Shown in pieces: positions 34,594 to 44,311 of a stretch of DNA of 64,000 bases. The notes under the pieces were generated by a model. The model saw only the letters and a list, made by a program, of their open reading frames with translations, did not search any database and was not told where the DNA came from. The translations under genes were made by a program, and so were the position numbers. Position 1 is the first letter of the stretch, and each line of letters opens with the position of its first letter. The DNA comes from Candidatus Liptonbacteria bacterium (GTDB lineage: Bacteria > Patescibacteriota > Minisyncoccia > UBA6257 > 2-01-FULL-56-20): contig JACRFR010000018.1 of the NCBI GenBank assembly GCA_016212635.1, positions 4,080-68,079 on the forward strand. Direction: 5' to 3'.

Positions 34594-37182
34594 GTGGTTT
34601 CCGAACAGCGCCACGCGGCCTCGACAGTTGAGGTGGTTTTTCCGATAATGCATGATATGCGGTTGACCAGAGAACGTTCCCCCGAAGGGATAAGGCACAA
34701 GTTGCGTTTGTTTGGGCATCGTCTATCTACCCCACCAGAGAATACAAGTTCTCTAGTGGGGTCTGCCGCTCCCAAAAGAGAACGTCCCAGGAAACCCGGA
34801 CGGCGGGCCCGCCGAATTTGGTTGTGGTTGGTTTTGGTGGTGGGGGTGATTGCGGTGCTCGCCCTTATTTGGGTGGCCTTATTGCTCCAAGACCTGCCGT
34901 CTACGGAACAAATTTTGAGCCGCCGGGTAAGTCAGTCGACCAAGATCTACGACCGCACCGGACAGGTGGTTTTATATGAGATTGGGGGGGATCAAAAACG
35001 AACCGTTATTTCCGGGGAGGAAATACCCCAGTCGCTCAAAAACGCGACTATCGCTGCAGAGGATGAGCGGTTCTACTCTGATTCCGCCATCGACTACCGC
35101 GGTTTGTTGCGCGCGCTATGGACAAACTTGAGGAGTGGCCGGGTGGTTCAGGGCGGGTCCACCATCACCCAGCAGTTGGCCAAAAACGCCTTCTTGACTT
35201 CGGATCAGACCCTAACCCGGAAGATCCGGGAGGTTTTCCTGGCGATCCGTTTGGCGCGCAACTACACCAAAGACCAGATCTTGGCCATGTACTTAAATGA
35301 GATACCTTACGGACCAACGATCTATGGAGTGGAGGGTGCGGGTCAGTTGTACTTTGGCAAACCCGCTCGTGATTTGAGTCTGGCCGAGAGCGCGGTTCTA
35401 GCCGCCCTGCCTAAGGCCCCGAGCCGTTTAGCGCCCGGCGGCAGCCACCAGGACGAACTTATTGCCAGACAGCGGACTATTTTGCGGAAAATGAACAGAT
35501 TGGGAATGATCTCGGCCGAGGAACTGGAGGTGGCGTTGAATGCCAAGCTTAGTTTTGTTCCGCCTACTCATGGGATCAAGGCGCCCCATTTTGTTTTCTG
35601 GGTGCAAGATTATTTGATCGAACGTTACGGGGAGGAGTTGGTTAGAAGCGGCGGCTTGCGAGTGATCACCACCCTGGACTGGGAGATGCAGCAGGCGGCG
35701 GAAAAGGCGGTGCGAGAGGGCGCGGAACGCAATCAAAAGTTGTACCAGGGACGGAATGCGGCCTTGGTCGCGGAAGATCCCCGCACCGGGCAGGTCTTAG
35801 CCCTGGTCGGCTCCCGAGATTACTTTGACCTGGAACATAACGGCAACTTTAATGTGGCCGCTCAAGGACTGCGCCAGCCCGGATCGACCCTTAAACCATT
35901 CGTCTACTTGACCGCTTTCCAAAAAGGCTATTCTCCAGACTCGGTGGTTTTCGATGTCCCGACTGAATTTGTGGCGCGCGACCCAGACTGTCCGCCGGAA
36001 CCGGTTTTTGAGATAGAGAGTCCCACTTGTTTCCATCCCCAAAATTTTGATGATTCTTTTCTGGGTCCGGTTCCCTTCCGCCGCGCCTTGGCCCAATCCC
36101 GTAATATTCCAGCGGTGAAGGTTTTGTACTTGGTGGGATTCAAGGACGCCCTAACCAACGCCACTCGTTTTGGATTGACCACCCTAACTAACCCGGCCGA
36201 GTATGGCTTGTCTTTGGTCTTGGGCGGTGGCGCGGTCCGTTTAGTAAATTTAGTGGAGGCCTATTCAGTTTTAGCGGGAGACGGCGTGCGTCATGCCCAA
36301 GGATCTATTTTGGAAGTTAAGGATAGTTCGGGCGCAATCTTAGAGACTTATCGCGACAGCGCGGAGCGAGTGGCAGAAGCGCAACCGGTGCGGCTGGTGA
36401 ATAACATATTAACCGACCTGGACGCGCGATCTGGCTTGTTCCACAGCAGTCTGGCGCTCACTACTATACCCGGACATGATATTGCCATTAAAACCGGAAC
36501 TTCCAATGACTACCGCGACGCTTGGGTGGTTGGTTACTCTTCCGCCTTGGTGGTGGGGGTTTGGGCGGGTAATAATAACAATCAGCCCATGCAGCGCCAG
36601 GGCTCCAGCCTTTTGGCGGCGGTTCCGATCTGGCACAGCTTCGCAGTCGAGGCCTTCCCTCGGGTCCCACCGGAAAAATTTCCCGCGCCGGAACCGGTCG
36701 CGCGCTCCGACAAACCGATGTTCAGTGGTCAAGTGGTCAGTAATAATCAGATCCATTCGCTTTTGTATTACGTCAACCGAACCGATCCCACCGGGCCGGC
36801 CCCGGAGCGCCCGGAGCGTGATCCCCAGTTCTATAATTGGGAAATGGGTGTTTTGCTTTGGGCCCAAAAGAATGTTCCGGCTTTAGTAGCCGGCAATAAT
36901 GCCACCTCGTCCCCGCAAATTAGTTTCGCTTCTCCCGCCAATGGCAGTTCTTTTGTTGATTCCATCAACTTAACCGCGTCGGTGGCTTCCGCCACGCCCT
37001 TGAAGCGAATCAGTATTTCTTTTAACGGGGTCTTGATTCAAGAGGTGGCTCCGGAGTCACCCGGACCATACCAGATCAACTGGTCTTTTGTTCCCGCCAA
37101 CCCCCAGCCTCAAAACATTTTAGAAATTGAGGCGCGAAACGCGAGTAGCACCAGTCGGGAGGGAATAATTTTATACCACTAG
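34594..37182 (+). CDS. Class A penicillin-binding protein (glycosyltransferase + transpeptidase) with a C-terminal Ig-like extension.
   Basis: IAAEDERFY, GGSTITQQLAKN (GT51 motifs), transmembrane anchor, transpeptidase region. The start may be at internal ATGs 34651/34657. Confidence 0.88.
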   Translation: MVSEQRHAASTVEVVFPIMHDMRLTRERSPEGIRHKLRLFGHRLSTPPENTSSLVGSAAPKRERPRKPGRRARRIWLWLVLVVGVIAVLALIWVALLLQDLPSTEQILSRRVSQSTKIYDRTGQVVLYEIGGDQKRTVISGEEIPQSLKNATIAAEDERFYSDSAIDYRGLLRALWTNLRSGRVVQGGSTITQQLAKNAFLTSDQTLTRKIREVFLAIRLARNYTKDQILAMYLNEIPYGPTIYGVEGAGQLYFGKPARDLSLAESAVLAALPKAPSRLAPGGSHQDELIARQRTILRKMNRLGMISAEELEVALNAKLSFVPPTHGIKAPHFVFWVQDYLIERYGEELVRSGGLRVITTLDWEMQQAAEKAVREGAERNQKLYQGRNAALVAEDPRTGQVLALVGSRDYFDLEHNGNFNVAAQGLRQPGSTLKPFVYLTAFQKGYSPDSVVFDVPTEFVARDPDCPPEPVFEIESPTCFHPQNFDDSFLGPVPFRRALAQSRNIPAVKVLYLVGFKDALTNATRFGLTTLTNPAEYGLSLVLGGGAVRLVNLVEAYSVLAGDGVRHAQGSILEVKDSSGAILETYRDSAERVAEAQPVRLVNNILTDLDARSGLFHSSLALTTIPGHDIAIKTGTSNDYRDAWVVGYSSALVVGVWAGNNNNQPMQRQGSSLLAAVPIWHSFAVEAFPRVPPEKFPAPEPVARSDKPMFSGQVVSNNQIHSLLYYVNRTDPTGPAPERPERDPQFYNWEMGVLLWAQKNVPALVAGNNATSSPQISFASPANGSSFVDSINLTASVASATPLKRISISFNGVLIQEVAPESPGPYQINWSFVPANPQPQNILEIEARNASSTSREGIILYH

Positions 37183-37191
37183 TCAGGTATA

Positions 37192-38301
37192 TCAGGAAGT
37201 CAGGATGGGGGCGATAATGTAGAAAAAGGAGGGGTCTTTGGGGTTTTTAAGCAGGGCGGGTTTGTCTTCGTTAATTCCCCAAAAAACATCTTCCCCGATT
37301 AAAGACCTAAGTCCATCCAAAAGGTAGCGGGCGTTGAAGGTTACGCGGTTGAACCCATTGGTGAGTTTTACCGGGAGGAGATACTGGTTCTCTCCGGCCA
37401 CCGTGTCGCCGGAAGAAAGTTTTATGCCGTTTAGTGTTTTTTCCGGCTCGACGCGAACTTCGTTGTTGCGCCCGCCCAAAACACTGACTAGCTTCAGGGC
37501 GTCAATCAACTCTTGTTTTTTTAAAGTAACTTCAGCGGTAAAAGCGGAGGGGATAATGGTTTGGTAGTCGGGGAAAACTCCTTCCACAAACCGGGTAATG
37601 CACTCGAAGTTTTTTGTTCGCACTAAAAGTTGGGATTGGTCGGGTAGGAGCTCAACTTCGTCGGTGTCTTTAATGGTTCGTAACAGCTCTTGAATGGTGC
37701 GCAGGGGGATCAGTTTTCGTAGGGGTTGCGGGTAGCCGCCTTGGTATTGTCCGCCGGTGACGGTTTTTTCCGCCAAGCGATAAGTGTCGGTCGCAACCAA
37801 CCGTATATTATCGATGGAATAGTCCCACAGAACAGAGGATAGTTCCGGTCGCAGGTCGGTAATTTGCGCCGCGCCGGCCACCGGACCCAGCGCTCCCCGG
37901 AAAACGCTTCCGGTCATAGAAATTTTTTCGGTTTGGTTGCTTATTTTGGGAATAATTGGAAAGTCCTCCGCGGGCATCCCGTTGATACTGCCTTCGTAAT
38001 TCTCGGTTTTAATCAGTAGGGCTTGTTGTTTCTGTTCGAGATTAATCCGCTCGCTGGTTAGATTGCCGACAATATTAGAAAGTAGTCCCAGTGGTGTCGT
38101 TAGGCTGCCGCCTTCCAGAACTTTGCCCGGAACTGAATATCGGAGGGCGATCTCCAGGTTGGTGGCGGTTAGGGTTATGTCCTCGCCCCTAGCTTCCAGA
38201 AGAACGTTTTTTAGAATCGGCAAACTTGCACCCTCGCCTAGCGCGCGCTCCACCACCACCAACCCTTCTTTAAGATGAGCCCGAAGCACTATAATCTTCA
38301 T
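37192..38301 (-). CDS. dnaN: DNA polymerase III beta sliding clamp.
   Basis: Three-domain beta clamp. N-terminus MKIIVLRAHLKEGLVVVERAL. Confidence 0.9.
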   Translation of the reverse strand: MKIIVLRAHLKEGLVVVERALGEGASLPILKNVLLEARGEDITLTATNLEIALRYSVPGKVLEGGSLTTPLGLLSNIVGNLTSERINLEQKQQALLIKTENYEGSINGMPAEDFPIIPKISNQTEKISMTGSVFRGALGPVAGAAQITDLRPELSSVLWDYSIDNIRLVATDTYRLAEKTVTGGQYQGGYPQPLRKLIPLRTIQELLRTIKDTDEVELLPDQSQLLVRTKNFECITRFVEGVFPDYQTIIPSAFTAEVTLKKQELIDALKLVSVLGGRNNEVRVEPEKTLNGIKLSSGDTVAGENQYLLPVKLTNGFNRVTFNARYLLDGLRSLIGEDVFWGINEDKPALLKNPKDPSFFYIIAPILTS

Positions 38302-38412
38302 TTTTATAAATAATAATACTAGTAGTAGTTAATAGTGGCTGGGGATGTGGGGATAAGAGGGATAAACCAAAGTAAATAATACCAAAAAAAAGGAAAGAAA
38401 TCCCCACAAATT
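38302..38412. promoter_or_regulatory. Candidate oriC/DUE region (AT-rich with imperfect DnaA boxes) between dnaA and dnaN.
   Basis: TGTGGGGATAAG and TCCCCACAAA are box-like sequences, and there are long A/T runs. Confidence 0.4.
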
Positions 38413-39783
38413 TCAGCTCTTGTTGATAAGTTCTCGGATTTGGAACATTTTTTGGTTTAAATTGGAGTTTTTAGTCAACTCTACGGTTATTTTTTCGAAA
38501 GAATGGATGGCGGTGGTGTGGTCCCTACCCATCTTTTCCCCAATATATGGATAAGATAGTCCCAAAATATCCCGAAGCAGGAACATGGTTACTTGGCGCG
38601 GCTCCACAATTTCTTTGCGGCGGCACCGCCCGATCAAATCAGTGGTGGGGATATTATAGAAGTCAGCTACTGCGCCAATAACCTGCGCGTCACTGACCGG
38701 CCGGGAGAAGGCTTGAATGGACTTATCAATGATCTCCTCCGCCACCTTACGGCTGATATCAGTTTGTTTTTTATCCTGATAAAAAACAATCTTATTCAAA
38801 ATTCCTTCCAGCTCGCGGATATTCTTTTTAACTCGGCGGGCGATCAAATCCACCACCTCATCCGAAAGCAAACGCCCGCCCTGTTGCAGTTTGCTTTTAA
38901 TAATCGCCACCCGGGTCTCATACTCCGGATAACTAATATCCACAATTAAACCACCCTCAAAACGCGAGCGCAGACGTTCTTCTAAGGTTGGAATAGATTG
39001 CGGAGGCCGATCGGAAGAAATGATTATTTGTTTATTGTGTTCATATAAAGCATTGAATGTGTGGAAAAACTCCTCCTCGGTTTTTTCCTTACCCCCAATA
39101 AACTGAATATCGTCGATGATCAACACATCCACATCCCGATACTTCTTTTTAATGTCCTCCATGCGTTTATTGCGGATCGCCCAAACCACATCGTTAGTGA
39201 ACCTTTCCGAAGTTACATATTTAGGCCTAACTGTGCCATGATAACGCAGTAAGATCTCATTACCCACAGCCTGGATTAAATGGGTCTTGCCTAAACCCAC
39301 TCCCCCGTATACAAAAAACGGGTTGTACTTGGTGCCGACATCCTGCACAACCGCGCTGGCCGCGGCGTGAGCCAGCTCATTAGAGGAACCTACGACAAAA
39401 CTGTTAAGGGTGTATCGGGAGTTAAGGTTGGTTTCGGGATCAACCCTAAACTCCAAACTAATTTGACTCTGGTTGGGGCTGGTTCGCTCCCCGGCCGCCG
39501 CCGCCCGTTTATGGGCTTCCTCGGCGGCTTCGCTGATAACCACAAACTCCAGTTTTTTTACCGAGTCGTCAAAGATCCGAATGATCCCCAAAAGATCTTT
39601 GTGATATTTGTTTTGCACCCACTCTTTGGCGAAATTGTTTGGCAGGCCGACACAACCAACCCCATCCCGCCGATCCAAAAAACAACTGCCTTTTAACCAA
39701 GTAGCGAAATTAGCCCGAGAAGTTTTTTGCTCCATCTCACCCAAAACCAATCTCCACAAATTTTCCAAATCCATAAAAGCCAA
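38413..39783 (-). CDS. dnaA: Chromosomal replication initiator DnaA.
   Basis: GGVGLGKTHL, the AAA+ domain, and a C-terminal DNA-binding domain. Confidence 0.95.
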   Translation of the reverse strand: MAFMDLENLWRLVLGEMEQKTSRANFATWLKGSCFLDRRDGVGCVGLPNNFAKEWVQNKYHKDLLGIIRIFDDSVKKLEFVVISEAAEEAHKRAAAAGERTSPNQSQISLEFRVDPETNLNSRYTLNSFVVGSSNELAHAAASAVVQDVGTKYNPFFVYGGVGLGKTHLIQAVGNEILLRYHGTVRPKYVTSERFTNDVVWAIRNKRMEDIKKKYRDVDVLIIDDIQFIGGKEKTEEEFFHTFNALYEHNKQIIISSDRPPQSIPTLEERLRSRFEGGLIVDISYPEYETRVAIIKSKLQQGGRLLSDEVVDLIARRVKKNIRELEGILNKIVFYQDKKQTDISRKVAEEIIDKSIQAFSRPVSDAQVIGAVADFYNIPTTDLIGRCRRKEIVEPRQVTMFLLRDILGLSYPYIGEKMGRDHTTAIHSFEKITVELTKNSNLNQKMFQIRELINKS

Positions 39784-39934
39784 AAGTTAGAGGGTATTTT
39801 TCAGGTGCAATCATTCTACTCCCACCCAAACACAAGTCAAAACCAATTCCGAAGATATGGGGATTACTTGTTAAGAAGTGCCTACCCCCCAACCCCCTTA
39901 AATTTTGTATCAGTCTATGCTAGAGTAGCCTTAC

Positions 39935-40069
39935 ATGTCCACCACCTATCAACCCAAAAAGCGGAAAAGGGCCAAAACCCACGGGTTCCGGGCCAGGCGA
40001 CTTACCCCAACCGGACGACGGGTACTTACCCGCCGGCGCCAAAAGGGCCGCCGGAAGCTTAGTGTTTAA
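39935..40069 (+). CDS. rpmH: 50S ribosomal protein L34.
   Basis: [44 protein letters not shown]. Found by eye (44 aa, below the ORF-track cutoff). Confidence 0.85.
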   Translation: MSTTYQPKKRKRAKTHGFRARRLTPTGRRVLTRRRQKGRRKLSV

Positions 40070-40085
40070 AACACAGCTGGATTCT

Positions 40086-40409
40086 ATGTTGCCCCGGAAA
40101 CAGCGGCTTAGTCGTCTGGAAATCGCCCGGTTTTTCCCCCTGCGCACCCCCCCGCGCTTTACCTGCGCCTGGTTTGATCTTTGGGCGCAACCCAATTCCA
40201 CCAACCACAACCGATACGCCATTGTTATCCCCAATAAAACCCTAACCCGGGCAGTTGACCGGGCTTATTCCCGTCGGCGAATATACGCCCTGGTGAGAAA
40301 CTGGCCGAATTACAGAGAAGACAGACTGATCCGGCTCAAGCCACACATCCGAAGCCGCCAGCAAGTCAAGAACTTTCTAACCGGCTTTGTCGCTGCCCCA
40401 AAACTATAA
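40086..40409 (+). CDS. rnpA: RNase P protein component.
   Basis: It sits immediately after rpmH. Basic, 107 aa, with LPRKQRLSRLEIARFF. Confidence 0.7.
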   Translation: MLPRKQRLSRLEIARFFPLRTPPRFTCAWFDLWAQPNSTNHNRYAIVIPNKTLTRAVDRAYSRRRIYALVRNWPNYREDRLIRLKPHIRSRQQVKNFLTGFVAAPKL

Positions 40410-40418
40410 TATCCCAAT

Positions 40419-41162
40419 ATGGCCAATTTATACCACCTCGTCTTATATCAACCCCTACTAAATCTATTAGTGATCCTCTACCAAACTACGGCCGGGGGCG
40501 ATTTGGGGGTGGCCATTATAGAACTTACGGTGCTGATTCAGCTAATCCTTTTCCCCATTGTCCGGCGCAACCTCCGAACCCAAATGGTTATGCAAAAAAT
40601 TCAGCCGGAACTGCGCCGCACCCAAGAACTTTATAAAAAAGATCCGGCCAAACAGTACCAGGCCATGATGGCCACCTACCGCGAACACCACATATCGCCT
40701 TTCGGGGGTTTTGCCCTGACTTTTGTGCAACTGCTCCTGATCATTCCTCTGTACCAAATATTCCTGCACATTTTTGCCGCCGAGACCTTAACCCAACTAT
40801 ACTCCTTCGTGTCCCAGCCCGCCGCCCTAGCCAACATCTCTTTGGGCTTGATAAATCTGCCGCAGCCCAGTATTCTCTTGGTAGTTCTTACCGCTGCCAT
40901 GCAGCTACTTCAAGGCTGGCTAATGTTCCAACCACTGGCGGGATCTGGTCCTGGTCCAGCCTCCTCAAAAATGATGATCTTGATGGGGCCGGTGATCACG
41001 GTGGTAATTTTTTCGCGCTTGCCCGCCGCCGTTGGTCTATATTGGTTAGCCTCCACTATCGCTTCCATTGGTCAAACCGTTATCATTCGCCGGCAGTTAA
41101 CAACCAGCCATGATCAACCTCGAAGCCTTTGTTCAAAAACTGATAGCCCTGATGGGGTTTGA
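40419..41162 (+). CDS. yidC: Membrane protein insertase YidC (short form).
   Basis: Multi-transmembrane protein with YidC/Oxa1 conserved helices. Confidence 0.85.
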   Translation: MANLYHLVLYQPLLNLLVILYQTTAGGDLGVAIIELTVLIQLILFPIVRRNLRTQMVMQKIQPELRRTQELYKKDPAKQYQAMMATYREHHISPFGGFALTFVQLLLIIPLYQIFLHIFAAETLTQLYSFVSQPAALANISLGLINLPQPSILLVVLTAAMQLLQGWLMFQPLAGSGPGPASSKMMILMGPVITVVIFSRLPAAVGLYWLASTIASIGQTVIIRRQLTTSHDQPRSLCSKTDSPDGV

Positions 41163-41583
41163 GGACTGCAAAATAGAAGTCGACGCCGAGCACCGGCACG
41201 GCTCGATCTTTATTTACAGCCACGAGAACCTGATCCAAGAGAACCTGCCCGACTTAGTGGAAAGCATCAACCATTTGGTGCAAATGGCGGCCAAACAACA
41301 AAATGCCGAGACCATCTTCTTCGATCTAAATAATTACCGCCGCGAGCGCGAGCGGCTGATCGCCGAACTGGCTCGAACCGCGGCCCGCAAGGTGCTCGCG
41401 ACCCAACAAGAACTAACCTTGCCCAGCATGAACTCTTACGAGCGGCGGCTGGTCCACGTGGAGCTCGCCACCCATCCGGGAGTAGTTACCGAGAGCAACG
41501 GAGTGGGACGAGAACGCTGCGTGGTGATCAAACCCCTCACGGATGAACCGAAAGGGTCCCTAGTCCAAAGTCAGACCGTATAA
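41155..41583 (+). CDS. jag: Jag/KhpB-like R3H RNA-binding protein.
   Basis: NSYERRLVHVELATHPGVVTESNGVGRERCVVIKP (R3H). Confidence 0.8.
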   Translation, partial: GFEDCKIEVDAEHRHGSIFIYSHENLIQENLPDLVESINHLVQMAAKQQNAETIFFDLNNYRRERERLIAELARTAARKVLATQQELTLPSMNSYERRLVHVELATHPGVVTESNGVGRERCVVIKPLTDEPKGSLVQSQTV

Positions 41584-42786
41584 CCGCCGGTCGTATCGGT
41601 TGATGAAGAACAGCCGGTTTTGGTACACCCGAAGTTCATCTGCGTCCAGGCTCAACCCCTCTAAATTAAGCAAGCTGGACACGTCGCCGGTGGTTAAGTT
41701 GATCGAGAGAAAATCATCCACCGTGTAAAGACGGCGCTTGAAGTAATCATCCGGCAGCTCCGCCGCCGCGAAAGCCCGGGCGTCCCGAGGCACGGCGCAG
41801 ATCAAACCAGCCCCCTCCGTAGAAGTGGCCTGACCCGAGCTCGTCGAATGAGCCTGCCCCAACTCTTCGCTCTTCGCGCTTCGCTCTTCGCTTATCAAGG
41901 TGCATTTATTGGGCAGGGTGAGAAAGTTCAGATCGTGCAGGACGGTGCCGCCTCGCCCCAAAAGGGACAAGGTGCCGCCCCGGCGGTTCTTGTTGGCCGC
42001 AAAAGCGACCCCATAACCCGCCGCCCCGTTCCAATTAATAACTAATCCCACCCGACCCGCCAGGGCGGGCTGGGATGTTTGTTTGGCCAAATCAACCCAC
42101 CACGCCGCCCCTTCGGTTTCCGCAGAACTCCGAGCGACCAAAAGGATCTTCTCCGGACTGGAAGCGATAATATCCACATCGCTAACGTTCACGCCTAAAA
42201 GCGGCCGGGGTGGAGCTTGGGGGCGGGCTGGGTCCAGTTCGGCTAAAACGTTAGTCTTATCACCCCGAGCCAAAAACAAAACAACTCGGCTGTCGGCGGA
42301 CCAAGCGGCGTCGGTTACCGCGACCGGCAGGCCTTGCCAAGTACTGGAGGCGGTCGAAAAAAGAGAAGCGCCCGACTTACCCTCGGCTAGGACGAAACGG
42401 CCATTGGGCGAAAAACGGGCACGGGTGAGGTTGGGCAAGGTGCTGGCGCTGGCCGTGCCGGTGCGCCCTCCCGCCACCCGAACCACTTGCCCGTCGGGAC
42501 GGATCAACCAAACGACACTTTGTTTGTCCACGAAATAATCCAACACCGGATCGGGGGCGACCACGCCGAACTTCTGACTCATTGCAGTGACGCCGGGACT
42601 GGAACTGGTGGCGCCCGGAACAACCACCGTGCCCGGTCGAGAAACTATGCCGGGAGATATGACGCCGCCGACGCCGCTCGGATTGGGGTGGCTGGGGGCT
42701 GGAACGGATCGAAAAACTTGCCACAAACCATAGCCCGCCAGTGCGCCGACAACCAACACTATTAAAACCAGGATCAATTTACGCAT
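41560..42786 (-). CDS. Signal-anchored hypothetical protein (408 aa) carrying an SEER-repeat insertion.
   Basis: N-terminal transmembrane segment, Ser/Gly-rich region, and SEERSAKSEEL encoded by a 14-mer x2 tandem repeat. Confidence 0.5.
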   Translation of the reverse strand: MRKLILVLIVLVVGALAGYGLWQVFRSVPAPSHPNPSGVGGVISPGIVSRPGTVVVPGATSSSPGVTAMSQKFGVVAPDPVLDYFVDKQSVVWLIRPDGQVVRVAGGRTGTASASTLPNLTRARFSPNGRFVLAEGKSGASLFSTASSTWQGLPVAVTDAAWSADSRVVLFLARGDKTNVLAELDPARPQAPPRPLLGVNVSDVDIIASSPEKILLVARSSAETEGAAWWVDLAKQTSQPALAGRVGLVINWNGAAGYGVAFAANKNRRGGTLSLLGRGGTVLHDLNFLTLPNKCTLISEERSAKSEELGQAHSTSSGQATSTEGAGLICAVPRDARAFAAAELPDDYFKRRLYTVDDFLSINLTTGDVSSLLNLEGLSLDADELRVYQNRLFFINRYDRRLYGLTLD

Positions 42787-42788
42787 GC

Positions 42789-43469
42789 TTATTTTTGAAA
42801 AATCAACCGCGCGGCGCTTTGGGCGGATTCGAATAAACCGCGCGGATTTTGCGCGGCGAGGGAAATATCAACCGCGGTTCCGTCGGGAGTGTTGGGATCA
42901 ATTTCCATTCGGAGTGATTCCGGGTGCTCCGCGTTTTGGACCAACTCGCCATTGACCCGCCAAGTCAAACCCAAATCACCCAACCTGGCGATCTTAAAGA
43001 AGAACGGCCGAGCCCACACCTCCGCCGCCGTAGTTCCGAAACGGTTGCTGGGATAAGGAGCGTCGATAACTATGTCCGGGGCGGCTACGGGCAGCCGCAG
43101 GGTTTGGATCGCATCCCCGTTTTTCAACCCCCCCACCCGCGCGCGCAACTTGAGATTACGACTGGCGTCCTCGGGCACCAAGAAAACAATCTTCTGCTTG
43201 CCGTTGCCGCCCTCCAAAAGACGATCGTTTAGGTACCAGTAGATCGGCAGTTTGGATAGATCCACCAGCTGGCCGGTAGTTTCAGTGACAAACACCGTGG
43301 CTTCCATGAACGACCCCGCCACGGGCAACACCTTGCCCGCGTAACCCGACGGCGCATAAGTATCCGCCCGCCAATCCACCCAAATCCAGTAATTTGTTTC
43401 TTGCGCGCCGGCAGTCAGTCCTATAGCTGCCGCGAGGGCCACGCCGAATATCAACAAAACTTTAGGCAT
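42789..43469 (-). CDS. Secreted hypothetical protein (signal peptide).
   Basis: MPKVLLIFGVALAAAIGLTAGAQE. Confidence 0.5.
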   Translation of the reverse strand: MPKVLLIFGVALAAAIGLTAGAQETNYWIWVDWRADTYAPSGYAGKVLPVAGSFMEATVFVTETTGQLVDLSKLPIYWYLNDRLLEGGNGKQKIVFLVPEDASRNLKLRARVGGLKNGDAIQTLRLPVAAPDIVIDAPYPSNRFGTTAAEVWARPFFFKIARLGDLGLTWRVNGELVQNAEHPESLRMEIDPNTPDGTAVDISLAAQNPRGLFESAQSAARLIFQK

Positions 43470-44304
43470 AAGATTCTTGGAATTTCTTGGATCTGCCGGC
43501 TGGCCGTCTCTGATTCCAAGCGCGTTCCGCCCGGAGGCGTTTCGCGGCTGCGGGGTCGCTCAAATCAACCACCGAGCCGTCGATCCGAACCCGACCCCCA
43601 CCCAGAAGTTCCCAACCGACGTCTTCCGGCGCAACCCCCGTCTCCATACTTTCTTTAAGTGTATCAAGTGAGGTTCGAGAAAGGTAGTCGGCGGATAAGA
43701 CACCTCGGTCGCTAATCATCGGCGCCACCCCTAAGCCTTCTGGTCTTTGAGAGGGTAAGTACTGTCCCGCCGCGAGCGCGGGTTGTTCTCCAAAGGCCGT
43801 GGTGGTAGTTGCGCCGGCTGCTTGGCCCGATCTAGCTTCGGCCATCGACTCCTGCACGGTTCCATAGAATTGGCGTCCTTCCCGGCTGACATTCTTGACC
43901 CGTTCCCAAGCAGCCCCATCCTTGCTCCGCGCGGCCGCCCCTAGGCTTCTCGCCGAGGCTTGAACTTTTGGGTCGAACCCAACCTTGAGCGCGGTGGCGG
44001 CCAGAGCGGACTTAGGGTGACGATCCACGTAAATCGTGACCAAGAAGGCAGCTGTTCGAAGCGGCAAGACGTCGCCCACGACCGGGATCAATTCTAAAAG
44101 ATTGCCAATCAGCGCATAATTGCCCTTGACCCCTTTCGTACGCATATAAATTTGTTCCGACGGGAAGGCGATGGCGTCGGTGACGCCCAGGCCCACGCCC
44201 GGGATGTAGTCCAAAATATCCGCCAACAAAATCAAGGCGCCGACAAGCAAGGCCTCGGCGGAAGGTATCTTTGGACCCGAGCTGCTCCTTTGATCATCGC
44301 CCAT
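43462..44304 (-). CDS. Hypothetical membrane-associated protein.
   Basis: Co-directional with its neighbours, with tight spacing. Confidence 0.45.
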   Translation of the reverse strand: MGDDQRSSSGPKIPSAEALLVGALILLADILDYIPGVGLGVTDAIAFPSEQIYMRTKGVKGNYALIGNLLELIPVVGDVLPLRTAAFLVTIYVDRHPKSALAATALKVGFDPKVQASARSLGAAARSKDGAAWERVKNVSREGRQFYGTVQESMAEARSGQAAGATTTTAFGEQPALAAGQYLPSQRPEGLGVAPMISDRGVLSADYLSRTSLDTLKESMETGVAPEDVGWELLGGGRVRIDGSVVDLSDPAAAKRLRAERAWNQRRPAGRSKKFQESYA

Positions 44305-44311
44305 GGTTGTG

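Noticed and set aside
38302-39934. Attempt to pin oriC by perfect DnaA boxes next to dnaA.
   Set aside because: Only imperfect boxes (TTATCCCCA-like) and AT-rich runs are present, so it is reported only as a low-confidence candidate region. The perfect boxes lie elsewhere (13.3 kb, 25.9 kb).
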